Assembly (NCBI GenBank): GCA_010093815.1
Contig: ML996565.1
Length of the DNA: 64,000 nucleotides
Direction: 5' to 3' (one strand)
Origin: Pseudovirgaria hyperparasitica
Lineage: Eukaryota
Part shown: positions 1 to 16,342 of the stretch, one piece after another
Layout: each line of letters begins with the position of its first letter
Position numbering within the stretch: position 1 is the stretch's first letter
The notes under the pieces: model-generated
Told to the model about the DNA's origin: nothing
Seen by the model: only the letters and a program-made list of their open reading frames with translations
The model's database searches: none
Position numbers and translations under genes: made by a program

Positions 1-41
1 GAGGACGTATTAGTGATTCATCAGTCATTTCTCACGTAGAA

Positions 42-138
42 GCTGTAATGGCACACCGTACTTAAACGCAGAGTGGGAAATATATCCGGCAGTGGTGTTA
101 CCGGGTTTGTGTATACGCCACCGTTCTGCCATTACAGC
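42..138. repeat. 97-bp element bounded by a perfect 12-bp inverted repeat (GCTGTAATGGCA ... TGCCATTACAGC)
   Basis: Arms at 42-53 and 127-138 are exact reverse complements; a few further matches continue inward; no clear target-site duplication. Confidence 0.75.
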
Positions 139-482
139 GATTGGACTGAGATGAAGATCCCATGCAGATTATCGCATCGTGCACGATTGTTTTTTTGTGT
201 CTGATTCATAGATAGATATTGGTATCCAAATATCAAATTGGCACCTGGTAATCTCCTTTGCGTAATTTCAGGCGCTTCGATGTAAGTGTGACCGCGATTC
301 AGGGTTCTCAATCACCCTGACATCATGGGAATTTGTGCTCTAGTTGTCACGACCATGAACGGCGGCAAATAATCCAATGTATAATCGAATGTGTGATCCC
401 CAGCGCCCGCTAAGTACTGCTAAACAACCAATGTCCTACAAACAACCTCCTGTTTTGAAACAATATGATACCGCCCCACCGC

Positions 483-1544
483 TCAAGTCATAGAAACATA
501 ACGTCCCGAGGAGTTCCTCCTTCTTCCGCTTCGAAGCTCGTTTGGCGTCCACCTCGGTTGCCTCGCGGCCGCCACCCTCCTAGCTAACTTCTTGTCTCGC
601 CGACGTTGCTTTTCGGCAGGGTTAAGAGGGAGGCGCTTCTTGAGATGCTTTGGAATTATCTCGATGTTGGGCCAACCATAGTGCGCCATATGCTCCTTAA
701 TATATTCGCATTCTGTATTTGGCAGAGCCACTCTCATGTTGTTGGAAAACAAGACTGCATGGTTGTAGATTCGCTCGCATTCTACCCTCACCATGACGCA
801 GCGGCTCCCCTGATACTCGGTTTCTGTCCTCTTCCAGGAAAGCTGCGGGTGCGTCAGATACCCGAGGATGGTGCTGTCCAGAAACAGCATCGGCTTTGGC
901 ATCACGAACGTAATGTTCGTGAGCCGGTTAAAATTGAACCCATGCTGCGCCCAGAATCGGCCCCATAGCAGTGCCTCTCGATAGAGTGCCCACTCTTCTG
1001 ATTTGCGAAGAAGTGCATGTTCCCTAGGCTTGAAGGGCGGATCGGGACGAGCGCCAAGATTGGGTGCGTCGTCTGCATATACAATCCTTAATTCGCGGAC
1101 TGTATCTTCCATACCTTGTAGCATATTGTCCAAGCTGTGAGGATCATCCATGAAAGCAAGAAATTTGTCGTGTGTTTGGAAGTCAGGGAAAAAAAGTGAC
1201 GGAGTCCCGCTGGTCGGAGTGACGAGCTTGAGGCTCAGACCGTCCATTTCATCTGGTGCTGCCTGTCGAACCTTGGGCCACTGCGTAAGGCAGTAAGGCT
1301 TAATGAGTGCTAGTAGGGGGTTTACATCCAGTGTCAGGTCGGCCCAAGTCAGCTCTGCGTCGCACAATCCGTAGAGGGCATCTGTGACTCTGTGGGGAAG
1401 ATTGGGATAGATGGTCGTATCATCGAAGTCGTCCATGTCGTCAACATCTGGTTCCTGGTATAGGTTCGCTCGATAATCATACTTGGCATCCAAAATCACA
1501 GCGCCATGGGTGATTACGCCTGCGGCTGTAAGGTTTGCAGACAT
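483..1544 (-). CDS. Hypothetical protein, 353 aa, intronless, with a very basic C-terminus
   Basis: Long uninterrupted ORF; first ATG at 1544 (MSANLTAAG); acidic patch near the N-terminus and an Arg/Lys-rich tail (KQRRRDKKLARR...RSGRRR); no family recognised. Confidence 0.7.
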   Translation of the reverse strand: MSANLTAAGVITHGAVILDAKYDYRANLYQEPDVDDMDDFDDTTIYPNLPHRVTDALYGLCDAELTWADLTLDVNPLLALIKPYCLTQWPKVRQAAPDEMDGLSLKLVTPTSGTPSLFFPDFQTHDKFLAFMDDPHSLDNMLQGMEDTVRELRIVYADDAPNLGARPDPPFKPREHALLRKSEEWALYREALLWGRFWAQHGFNFNRLTNITFVMPKPMLFLDSTILGYLTHPQLSWKRTETEYQGSRCVMVRVECERIYNHAVLFSNNMRVALPNTECEYIKEHMAHYGWPNIEIIPKHLKKRLPLNPAEKQRRRDKKLARRVAAARQPRWTPNELRSGRRRNSSGRYVSMT

Positions 1545-2533
1545 CTTGAGAAGTTCTGAAGATCTCGCCGAGATGTATATGATCAGACAGATACTATAGT
1601 AAGAGGAAGCTTCATCAGAGTGACGGCGAAAAATGCGAAATGGTACGAATGATTGACAGGAGGAAGAGTTCAAGGATTGTGTAGGTCGAAAAGATCAAAG
1701 AGCCGAAAAGATGACGATACCAGAACTGTACCAGATAGTCTAAGAGAACAGATCGGCAAAAGTCAAAACGTGCTGAAGATGGCTTTTACAATGTAAGACA
1801 AAGAATGATGCCCAATAGAAGGCGAGCAGACGAGGTACATATATGCATTGATCAGAACATTGAATAGACCAAGCCGTACGATTGTCTTTGTCTGCATCAT
1901 GCATAATGATCGACCAGGCAGACGTTTGTAAATAGACCCCTCTGCCTTCTTCGACAAAGTAAATAGCCGCCCAGTGATTGTCTGTGAAGCATGCAAGTCG
2001 AGAGTGCTAATAGACAAGGTTCTGAATAGCCTTATTGACCCACACGAGATGTTCGAGGGTACTGTGAAATAACTATATGCCTGTTACATTGTTTCGGTTC
2101 TCATCCTAAGCGACGTTTGTGAAAGGTCGGTTTGAACAGTGCGATGTGTTTAATCACTGCAAGACAAACGAACTCCCACAGAAGAAAACCTTCGAGGGAT
2201 GCATATTCATCGTTAATAGACGGAAGACCACGCCCAAAGCTAAGCTCAGAAGCGTCACGAACTTTGATGTGGAAGACTGATGCAAAATGTAGGGGCGAGA
2301 AGGATCGAGTGGTGTCGATGATCAACAAGAGGCACGAGGGTAATCAAGCTGTAGGATTGTGGAGTATCAAAAGAGTAAGAAGCGTTCATAGAAGATCGAG
2401 GAAGCAGTCACGACTGTCGCCAATTGCCAAGAGAAACATGTTCAGGAGTAGAAGTATCTCATCGGTACCATAAGCTGGTGGTCGGAGTTTCTTGTACCTG
2501 CCAAATCACCAAGGTTTTCGTTCGTCGACTATT

Positions 2534-3419
<886 letters not shown>

Positions 3420-3835
3420 ATTGTGAGGATATCGGGGGTATTTGCAAAAATCTCGAGGTGTGTAGTAAGTGAGTCGTGAGAGAAGGTCTTGAGAGCTATT
3501 TCGAAAGAAGAGAATGAGAGGGGAAAGGTTGCTTGATGGAAATGAAGTCGGGCTGAATGAGCGCCGCCTGGAAAGAGGGACCGCGGTAAAGACCCTTAAA
3601 TTCATTCTTGCAGGCCTAAAGCCGCTAATTATACTCTACGCAAATGTTGGCTTACCCGGATATGGCAAGCGTTGCCGTGTCGCCTGAGAGGCTTGTAAGC
3701 TTCCTGGTAAGGCGCGACACAAAGCTTCCACGATAGCTTTGGTTGCACTTTATACAGAGCCTTCTCGCACCTCTAATATCCAAATTCCGGTGTGCTGCAA
3801 TGTTCTAGACAGAGACACTTCCTCCCGTCTACGTT

Positions 3836-5076
3836 ATGTGGCGTGATCGAACCAACCTGTGAGTATACACAGTCGCCCTCATCTTCTTTCCCTGACCATA
3901 CTTTCTAGTTACATTTCGTACCGGCAGTCGTATTCCCATCATCCTGCAAAGAAACCACGCTTTGGGGGTCCATCGTCGAATGGCTTTACTGATAATGGTG
4001 GTATTGATGAGGAGCGACGAGGACTCATGTCTGCCGGTGCCTTCGAAGACGATGGGGACGCAGTGATAGAGATGGACATCTTGCCTCCACGCTGGCTCGA
4101 CATTCAGGACGAGGTCACCGAGAATCTCACGAATATCGCCAGACAGACTCGGCGGCTTGAACAGCTGCATCAAAAACACGTCCTGCCAGGTTTTGATGAC
4201 GAGGACGTCAAAAGGCGAGAAGAGCGCGAGATTGAACAATTGACACAGGAGATTACACGAGGTTTTCAGAGCTGTCAAAAGGCGATCAAGCGAATCGAAA
4301 CTATGGTACGGGAGAGTCAACAGCAAGGGACGATTTCAAAAAGCGAAGTAACAATGGCGATCAACCTGAAGATCTCTCTAGCAACTCGCGTGGGCGAAGT
4401 TAGTTCGCTCTTTCGCAAAAAGCAATCCACATACTTGAAGAAGCTGAAATCACTGGGTGGACTCGGGACGCCTCAGCCTACGTCTCGGACAGGTACGCCC
4501 TTCCAGAATCCATATACTGACCCGTCACTTGCGGAGTCGGAGGCCGATCGATCACTTGGCCAATCGACATTACTTCAGACGACCCAGAAACGAGCAACAA
4601 CGAATGACACAATGATTGCACAGCGCGAGCGGGAGATTGAAGACATTGCTCAGGGTATCATCGAGCTTGCAAATATCTTTCAAGACCTACAAGCCATGGT
4701 CATCGACCAGGGTAGCATGCTTGATCGCATTGATTACAATGTTGAGCGCATGGCAGTTGACATCAAGGGTGCAGACAAAGAGCTGATTGTGGCGACCGGC
4801 TACCAGAAACGTAGTGTCAAACGCAAGATTATGCTACTGCTCATTATTGTTATCGCAGGAGTCTTCATACTCCTGTCGCTAAAGCTAAGTAGCAAGGGGT
4901 CTTCGAGCACGACACCAACACAGCTGCCACCGTCGCAGGTTGATGATGCGAGCCTCATTCCACGAAACACCATTGCGTCATATCGAGTCGATCTTGGAAC
5001 AGGATGCCGGAAAGCATGGCAACGGCGAAAGAGGCGGTCACGATCACATGACATGAAGTATTCTGAACAGTTTTGA
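3836..5076 (+). CDS. TLG2: Syntaxin-16/Tlg2 t-SNARE
   Basis: N-peptide MWRDRTNLYISYRQS (intron 3859-3908); LPPRWLD and HVLPGFDD motifs; SNARE motif QGSMLDRIDYNVE; C-terminal TM helix. Divergent from calmodulin. Confidence 0.95.
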
Positions 5077-6690
5077 GGTTTGCGAGCTTCTGTTGTAACA
5101 ATCTAATGATAATCATAAACATCCAAGATGACCTGTGTTCTTTCATGCTCCCACCCATACTAACACTTCATCAAATATCCAATAACTTAGGTATCTCACG
5201 TCTATATTAGATACCATCTCTCAATCTGTTGTCTCCAGTAATTAACACGAATGGATGATTGAATTCGCTGGAAACCTGCGCCAACTCGTCTTTGCGCCTG
5301 AAGACTCTTATCTCGCTCGAGGCCGACCTCGGCGTCCGCGATGCGCCTCCAGGCATGATCAATGGAGTGTGTTTCGCTTATACATCGCGTCTGGCTCTGA
5401 TCATCAGAGCAACGCTTCCTTTGGCTCGATATACCTCATGACAGATATCTGATAGCCTGGTCATCAAGAATATTATCGTGAGAGGTCGAGTCCATCCAGT
5501 GTGCTAAAGGTTAGAATTCATAGTTTAGCGACGCATGCTCTATAATACCTCAACTATTGGCATCCAATTCCAAGAACGCAGCCTGGTTGACTGGTTCACT
5601 GATATATATACCTGTTAGGATGCTGGTACCCTTGTAGCAAAGCTCGTGCCTGTACGAACTCTGGCGATCCAACTTGGAGTCTTCTCGTGTGTTCTGAGGT
5701 TCCAATTCTTTTTTGACAATGGATGACGCGCGAGTACACAGAGCACAGTTGAAAAAAGACATGTTAGAACAGATTGTCACAATTTACTTATCTCTGATGG
5801 CTCGTGTATGGTGGGCAGCCTTGGTCATGCCCGAGCTTTATCGACCTGGAGCGTCCATACGTTGACATGTGTACGAGTTCATGCTTTCAGGGCGTAATAT
5901 GGGTAGTGACGACCATGATCAGGTATGTTTGATATTTTGATGCGATGAAGACCCTCTTAAGCTATCTTAGGATCTATGAACGTTGGGGAACTTCTCATGG
6001 CTCGTTGTATAACGCTGATGCCTATCATTGTAGCGGAACTCGCCCATTGTTCACTGCGAAGACGAGCTCGATCAAGTAAATAGTGCTTCAATCACGCCCT
6101 GAATCTTAGCTAACTACAACTTCGCTTTATTTATAGAGTGCTACAGGGAAACCAAAAGAGTTCACGCGACTGAGACGATATCCTACTAACTAGGGAAAAC
6201 CTCCACAATTCCCGACCAAAACTGCCGGGTATCTTCTTGAAGTCGAACGCAAATTGCAACCCATCGTCATATGATTGACAATTGATGCAGAACGACCGTT
6301 TCTCTCGCAGTCCATATTCCAGAGATCTTTGGTAGGGCTATTACAGACAGCGACATTCCCGTAACCTTTAGTTCCACGAATGGCGATTTCCGAAAAGGAG
6401 CACTTTGAGTCCACCGAAAGACTATACGTTCCCAATCGGTTTCCAAAGTCTACGACTCTTTATGACCATGCCCAATGAAGGAGAATTATCTGCTGCCCAT
6501 ACCAATCTCAAAAGGGGACATGCGAAGCTAAGGGGTGGTAGGACGGGAGTATTACAGTAAATTGCAGATTCATATAAGACCCGAATGCGACAGTAAGTAG
6601 CATTCTTGCAGATTATACTAGTTGCGAGGATAACGTTGTAAATTGTTGAAGAGAGTGAATACTTCAGGTACCAAAAAGTGGCAATTGGCT

Positions 6691-8188
6691 TCAATTCTCG
6701 AAAAACTGACTCTGCAGTAAGATTTCCGGTGTGTACCTCATGGTCGGATCATACGTTAAAAGATTCAAAAGTAGGAAACTCAAAGTATCTAACTCCGCAT
6801 CTGTGAACTCGCGCTTTGCTTTCTCGTATTCCTCTACTGGAAAATTTTCCTCATCTTCTTCAACCAACGCTGCTTCGTCCTGATCATACGCGATCCTAAG
6901 GTACCGATCTAGAGGAATACTCCGCAGTCCAAGTCCGTTGATGCTTTTCCGTACCTTAACATCTAATTGATTTATCCAGTCCACCGGTGCAGCTCCGATG
7001 TAGGATTGGATTTCTTCTATGGTGCTGGATTCGTCCGCGAGGATTGAGTTAGCAAATGACCTGCCAGTCACTGATCCAAACAACTGCGAGGTTTTAGTGG
7101 ATTGGCTGCTTAACATAAAGCAATCTACGGACCAAGCAACCCATACTCCACATGTCCACTCGAGGGCTCAATTTCCGGTTGAAAAGCGCTTCCGGTGCGC
7201 GCATGTGCACTGGCGTATGAAGTAATCTGGGAGGATCATTATGAAAAAATGCTTTCTATGTTAGCTAAATGCCAGCGGCATATCATAATTAGGATGGTTT
7301 CCTTACCACCACCTAGGTCTACAATTCTTAAGTCCGCGTTATAACCTCGAAACGTCTTCGGTCTAACCAGGTAAGAAGGCACTGAAGGCTCAAGTAATAT
7401 TCGACCGTCTAGTCGTTGTACTGAACCTAGATCTGGTTCCCCAAGGTAGGATTTGAGTCGCTTCTCCTCCAACGTGGACGCTATGGGAGCAGCGAAAAGA
7501 ACATTTCCCCAGTGCAGATCTGTGACGTTAGAAGTTTAACTTTCCTCCGATGGGAATATTGTTACCTCCATGTGCCACATGGCATTTCCATAGGTAGTCC
7601 AATCCTAAGGCCACCTGATACATTACTTTTTTGGCCATACTCCTGGGCAGACAACATCCAGGACATTGTTCCGCGTAAGATGCTATACTCCTTCCCATGA
7701 CTTCTAGAACTAGACATCTATGCGTTGAACTAACGTCAAAGTCGTCAAGGAGCTGTACGACAAACTTACGCCCGCCGTGTGTGACATTCGCATGAGCAAT
7801 AGAGGAATCTCGTAGATGCCGCATGATCTCAAGTTCATGGGTTCTATCATCATTTTGGATGATCTTCAAGGCGACGTTGCAAGCATTCCTGATACACTCC
7901 AAACTCCGATTAGCATATATAAAACAGGCTTTAATGATTCTCACGCACAATGTGTCCCTTGCTAACCACAACGACTAGATACTGGCCGTCCTTGAATCGA
8001 TTCCCGATCTCTACTGGGGAGTAGACTCCTCTCAAGTACATGTGCGGATCTTCCGCTTCAATTCCGCAAACATATTGCCTCCCTCGCCATTTGGGATATG
8101 TTGAAAATTTCGCTCTCTAGCATAATTTAGAAGGGCGACATAGTCTTTCAGAAAACCGTTAGAGAACTCGACGTGTTCTGACAAACAT
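6691..8188 (-). pseudogene. SRPK-like (CMGC) Ser/Thr kinase pseudogene
   Basis: Spliced motifs VALKI, HGDLHWGN, IVDLG, RAPE and VDMWSMGC are present. The first exon carries in-frame TAA (8161-8159) and TAG (8119-8117), and the GxGxxS loop is missing, with a frameshift between GQYLVV and WLARD (~7970). Confidence 0.85.
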
Positions 8189-8189
8189 G

Positions 8190-8620
8190 GGAAGCAAGGC
8201 TTTTATGACCAAGCAAAAAATAGATGTCGTAGAGAGCCTCGAGGTCTATTCTTAGTAAGTATGGATACTAACCACATTAGGATAGTTGCTTAACTCCTTC
8301 TACTTATACTTCTCCTTATTTCTTTGATGAAAATAGTACTAATGACTATGTAAAGATTACCGGGTCTACTGTGACATGAAGTTGATAGGATGTCTACGGA
8401 GGACGCTAGGAGTAAAGTTGGAATCCTACCTAATTAGGTATACGGTCCTGGGCAAGCGCCCCTTTATCTATGCTAACTTAGATTGGCCTAGCAGGTTAAT
8501 GCATGACGGGATCCTACGGAGGCATGGATTAGTACACTGCTCAGATGCCAAGCGTTCCAGGTTTTAGACAACCAACGAATCTATTACGGTTAGTTGCACG
8601 TAGGGTGGCACTACCTGAGC
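8190..8620. other. AT/TpA-rich degenerate tract, possible RIP-mutated relic
   Basis: Visibly TA-dense sequence (cttagtaagtat, tagtactaatgacta, cctaattaggtata) with no coherent ORF, next to the kinase pseudogene; judged by eye, not computed. Confidence 0.35.
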
Positions 8621-8736
8621 TCGATTGAATGGATTGGAGAAGCTATAGAAAGGTTTCTGAGCGAGTGCCATGCCTTCTTTCACGGCGTGCAACTTCATTT
8701 ACTTTCTAAATCATTTTCGTTTCCACAGCTGTAAGC

Positions 8737-10474
<1,738 letters not shown>

Positions 10475-11766
10475 TGAGAACAAAGATTCTGGGCCATTCA
10501 AAGCCCTCCACTCTTGGGTCTTGCGATCTTTGCATCATAGCACCACTGTTAGGGACTTGTTTCCGATACCAATACAATTTGAGGGTCCACATTCGGAACC
10601 ATCGCCGGCATTTTTGAGTTTGTAAACAAGCTTGAGCTTAGTAACATACTGGATTTAGTATACAGTAGAGGGAGGTGACCAAGGCTCCTTACTGCTATTG
10701 CTATAGTCATCAACGTTGGCTCAACGCTCAACACTCGGCACGGCCCGAGTAAGCATGAAAGATAAAGAAAGGCAATGTATGTACATGGCCTTTGTTGGCG
10801 GCAATGCTACGCAAGTATTCGTGGACAACGAACTATGACACGTGAAAGGCCAAAGCTTTTGAGATATTCCCCAATGCTGCCTAATACCGAGAAAGGGCGT
10901 ACCCTGAAGTTGTGAACTTGCTCCCCGCTTCCACAAACTAGAATGAAAGAGACCGCACGCGCGGGCACAGTAGAATATCGCGAAAGGTCTTGCTATCTGC
11001 TCAGCGCAGGTGCATTTGATAAGTGGGCATTTTAACGGTGCCGTATAATCCAAGCCAGGAGGATTGTTAAACTCCTGCATGCAGGCCGGCAAGGTGTGAC
11101 GAGGGACCGGGAAATTGCGCTTGGGAGCACGCCGTCAACGCGCAAGCTACAGATCTTAGACCTGGGAGCCGTTCCACCTCCCTGGCTTTGGACTTGGCCG
11201 CGCCTTATTCTCTCGCCCTGCCTCTATCAGCCACGATTCTTTCGCCCAGCATCCCCAGCATCTCTCGTCGTGATCATCCTGCGCGATTCCGGCTCTATTA
11301 TTCTTTACATCTTTGTCTTTATCCAGCTCTTTCGTTCTGTTCGCTGTAGTGCGTACCCATCGCCCCGCAATTACCACCTCTTCTCCAAGGTATAGAGAAC
11401 AGATCCAACCACCCTTCTCGAGTTTGGGGATCGACCAAATCACGTAGCACGCGCTCTGAGTGCTCATTGCCGGTACGATATCCGCTGACATGATTCACAC
11501 CGCGCTTCATTGTTGAGAGTTCAGGGTCTAATTCTATGTGGCTAGCAGTTTCTCCTTCGCTTCTGCCGTTCGTTTGGATACCCTACGTCTCAACACAAAC
11601 TTCCACCATTGCCTAGCAACTCTGATAATCCCACTCAACTCCTTGTGATACGACCATAGTCCATTCCTGAGCGCGTGCCTCAAATCCGCTTCCTCTGTCT
11701 CCGACGAACTACTCCTCTTGAAAATACCCTCGAGTTCTTCATTCACAACCGCTCATAAAGGCCATA

Positions 11767-12581
<815 letters not shown>

Positions 12582-13288
12582 GTGGTTTGGTGGATGTTTA
12601 GAATCTTGGCTTTCGCTCGACGTAGCGTTCATTTCGAGCCTTTATATGCATTTCGTTGAGCTTTTCCAGGTTGGCGTGAACTCTCAGGGGGGCACGATTA
12701 CCATAAGGCGCTTGTGGGTAGCGAATTTCTCTATATCGTATTTTGACTCACGGGTATTGATCGTTCCAACCCAACCAGCTATATCCATTCAGACTGTGTC
12801 TACTCAGAAGTCTACTAAACATTATAGCATAAGGGTATATCTATTGAAATGTGGTACGTGACCGATGGCTTTGCTCCACGGCTGTGCGGCAGTTCTGCCC
12901 AAAGCAGGTAGTGGGTCTTTGAGATTTCAACACAGGTCACATTGTTTAACAATGTAATTCATACAAGCTTGATTCACGTCTTTTCTAGTTACCCAGCAAC
13001 ATATTCTGTTTGTTTATCTGCAATCGCGTCTTCTTCCGTCAATCTCGAGGTCACGTCAATTTTCAGAGCAACCAATCTTTCCTCCATGCTCGCCCTTGGG
13101 TTTCTTTACACGAACATCTCATACTTGTCGAGATTCGCGTCCACAAATCCCTAAAACCCTTTCAAATCTCATTCTGGTAGTCAAAGCCGTTTACATGCCG
13201 CATCTTCTCGCCTCGTCCGGTCTCAGCTCTATAAATCGATTCTGATCCAAGGCGCCCGTGCTTTCGACGCGGATTCATATCTATTGTC

Positions 13289-16200
13289 ATGTACACGCCT
13301 CATGATGACGCTGAAGCCGGCCATGCATCACCTAACGATGAAGGAGACCAATCCGCAATATACCTTCCAGTCATTGAAACCGTTCGACCAGGACAGAATG
13401 CATTCGCAATTGAGAAGCGGCACGCCGATGAGCATAGGATGCGCGGTAACGCATTCTTTCAAGAACGTATGTCAGCGTCTCGAGAACAGTTAGATGACAT
13501 GTGTAATGACACGTCCACGAACGACCCCCCTTCGCACCAACACCGCCGAGACACCAGCGAAACTACCTTCAGCCAACTTATCAATGCTGCTAAAGCTGAA
13601 GTCGAAGCTTTGCCGCCTGTGAAAGCCTCAATGGAAGGAAGTCCAGAGCGCACTACGACTAAAGAACGAAGACGCCCAAAGCCGTTGGAGCTCGAAGTCA
13701 ACAAGTATGGCGTCAATCCCACGGTGCGAGCCTCAATTGAAGCGAAGAATGAAAAGAAGTTGTTCCAGATGATGGGAGAGCCTACAACCCCGACGTTACT
13801 GCAGAACAATGATCGATATCTTGTGACTATTGCCAGGCATGATCGTACTAGAGAGAAGCCAACAGTGAAGAAAGACAAGAGCAGGGATAAACCGAAAGAT
13901 GGTGAGCGTAGCCCAACAGGCAAGAAGCGGTTCTTGGGCATGAATATCAGTGTTCCAAACTTCCGTACTGAAAGAGGTCCGTCCAGTCCGCAACCGGACA
14001 TGCCCCAGATACCTCAAATGCCTCCCAAGCACATGCCACATATGCCCCCAAAGGCAGCCGCGCTTCTGGGAAATTCCTGCTCGCCGGGAAAGCGATCGAC
14101 TTTGCCCCAGCATCTCAAGAGCACCAGATCGCAGTCCAACGTATCGATCCCAATTCGTCCCACACACATCTCGGACCCTTTCCGTGATTCGTTGAATGGC
14201 CAGGATTCTCAACGATCACGCACTAGATTAGATGTCAGCGAAGGCATCCCACCAACTATAGGTAAACAGAACCCGCATGTCCATGGATGGATCACTACCC
14301 CTGACATGCCCATAGCTCGCGGACTCAAATACATCAATGAGACACTACCGCCAACTCCTCCAGCGAAGGACACACCGATGCTAAAGAAGCCACAACCAGC
14401 CGCAGTAGAAAACTGCCCTCCAAACGCATCAGTCCAAGAAGAACTCAATGGAGGTGATGAAGTAGGCCAAGAGCCCAAACATGACCCAAACGACCGGGAG
14501 TCTGTCTTGGTGGGCAAAGGGCAGGTGAGCTCGGGTCAGCCCCAGTTCAATATCTATTCGAGTAGTGACTACAATGCTATGATGGCCAAGATGTCGCAAA
14601 TCTACTCTGCGCCGACCTACAGCGGCTTCGGACAGCTATCCACTGATAAAACATCACCGGAACCAGTCTTCTTGCAAGGACGATGGAGCGAAGGACAGGC
14701 AGGCGCGCACCAGCAAAAGTTCTTAGAGTACCATCATACGGAAGTCGGTGGAGAATCATCATCTCCGAAGTTGCCGCCAACGTTCTATACACCTTCACTT
14801 TATTCCTTGGCCTTTCCTACCCCGAAAGTTCGCCCGTCTCAAAATGTAAGCATTGCTCTTTCCTCGATATGTTTCACAGTCTCGAACAGTGAACACCGCC
14901 TGTGTTGAAATCCATTGTTCTGTCTTGCCACCTATTCACCTCCCACTCTTGGTTCTACGCTGACTCTCGACTTCACTTAGGCTGACAGTAAGATCTTCTT
15001 CGTCAAGCCGCCGACAGGTTCTACCTCTCTTGCACCACCGCCCGATCTTTCCTTGACCACCAAACCTAGCGGAGAAACTATCGACGTCTGCTTCCAAGGG
15101 TATAGAAACGAAGTTACTCCTGTAGACGACCAGTCGAGCTTTTGGGAAAAGGCAATCTCTGGACTACATATTTCCGATACCCCAAAGGACAATTCCAAAA
15201 GCGACCTACCAGCCACTGGCGGCCCTTCACAACACACTACTTCCAGTGGTGTTGGAAGTATTCTTAAGATGCGCGAAGAGGACAAGGTAGACAAGAACGC
15301 CTCCAAGGGCATCCACCACACACCGCAGCAGAATGGTGGCAAAGCTCTCAATTCATCTGAGTCCGGCTTGACACCATTCCTCAGTCAACACCAGATCGAT
15401 AGTCCAATGATGAGGCGCTATAATGCCGAAGGGGTGCCACACACAAGCAGTGCTGCACCTTCGCCTTTGCAGACCCACCCTGCCTCGGCCCACCCTACGT
15501 TCCTCAGCCCAATTACCAACGGGATGCTTGCCGATGGTAGCAATATTGTTACTCACTTCGGAGTGACCAACCATCACATGGACGCAATCGCCGATACGAC
15601 GTATCGTGTCATGGATGCTCACAAGAACGAAGAGATTCAGACAATGAACGAGAATCATGAAGCAACAATGCAAGCGTTAAATAAGCAGTTTGGAACACTC
15701 CTCGGGCAAGTTAAGTCGTTGGAGAACTCCAATGGTCGGCTCGTTGGAGATGTTGCGAATGCAACTGTGACAATTAGTAAACTCATGGACACGGTGCAGA
15801 AGGATCTCATTCGCCCACTTAATCAGGTTCTGAAGTCGAATGCGAGTCTTGAGTCGGATGTCTCCAGGCTGAACAAGTCTTTCTCAGACGTGGAGTCTAA
15901 AGTTGATAAGAGTCTCAAATTGCAGCAGCAGTTGATGCAACAAATGCAGCTACAGCAGCAATTGCCGCATAATGATCAGCACCAGCAGCATCAACAGCAC
16001 CAACAGCACGATACGCTCACGCCCAATTCAGCAGCCCCAAATGGCGAGAGCAGTATACATGCATCCTCCCATTACTCAGCATATGGAGCATCGAACGGCA
16101 ACGCATCGGGTATGAACCAGTCAGCCATGTCGTTCCCAGAATGGGGTGGCTACCCATTTAGCATGCCTCTCGCAAACGTCCGCAACATGAAGAACGAAGA

Positions 16201-16342
16201 TCCAGAGAAGTTCAAAAACTATGCGGCGGAGACTGGCAGAATGTACGGTGGCCAACCAGACATGAGACAGCACCCTGGATTGTACGTCTATCCACAGTAC
16301 GGAGGGGGCTACGGACAATCAGGTGGCAATAGCATGAAGTAG
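13289..16342 (+). CDS. Large hypothetical protein (~970 aa): Pro/Ser-rich, coiled-coil and Gln-rich regions
   Basis: Two long ORFs joined in frame by intron 14846-14980 (GTAAGC...CTGAC...TTAG); heptad-like segment near 15650-15960 followed by a Q/H-rich run. Confidence 0.8.

Noticed and set aside
4885..5076. ~60-aa luminal tail after the Tlg2 TM helix
   Set aside because: Unusual for syntaxins generally, but yeast Tlg2 already has a long luminal tail, so it is not novel.
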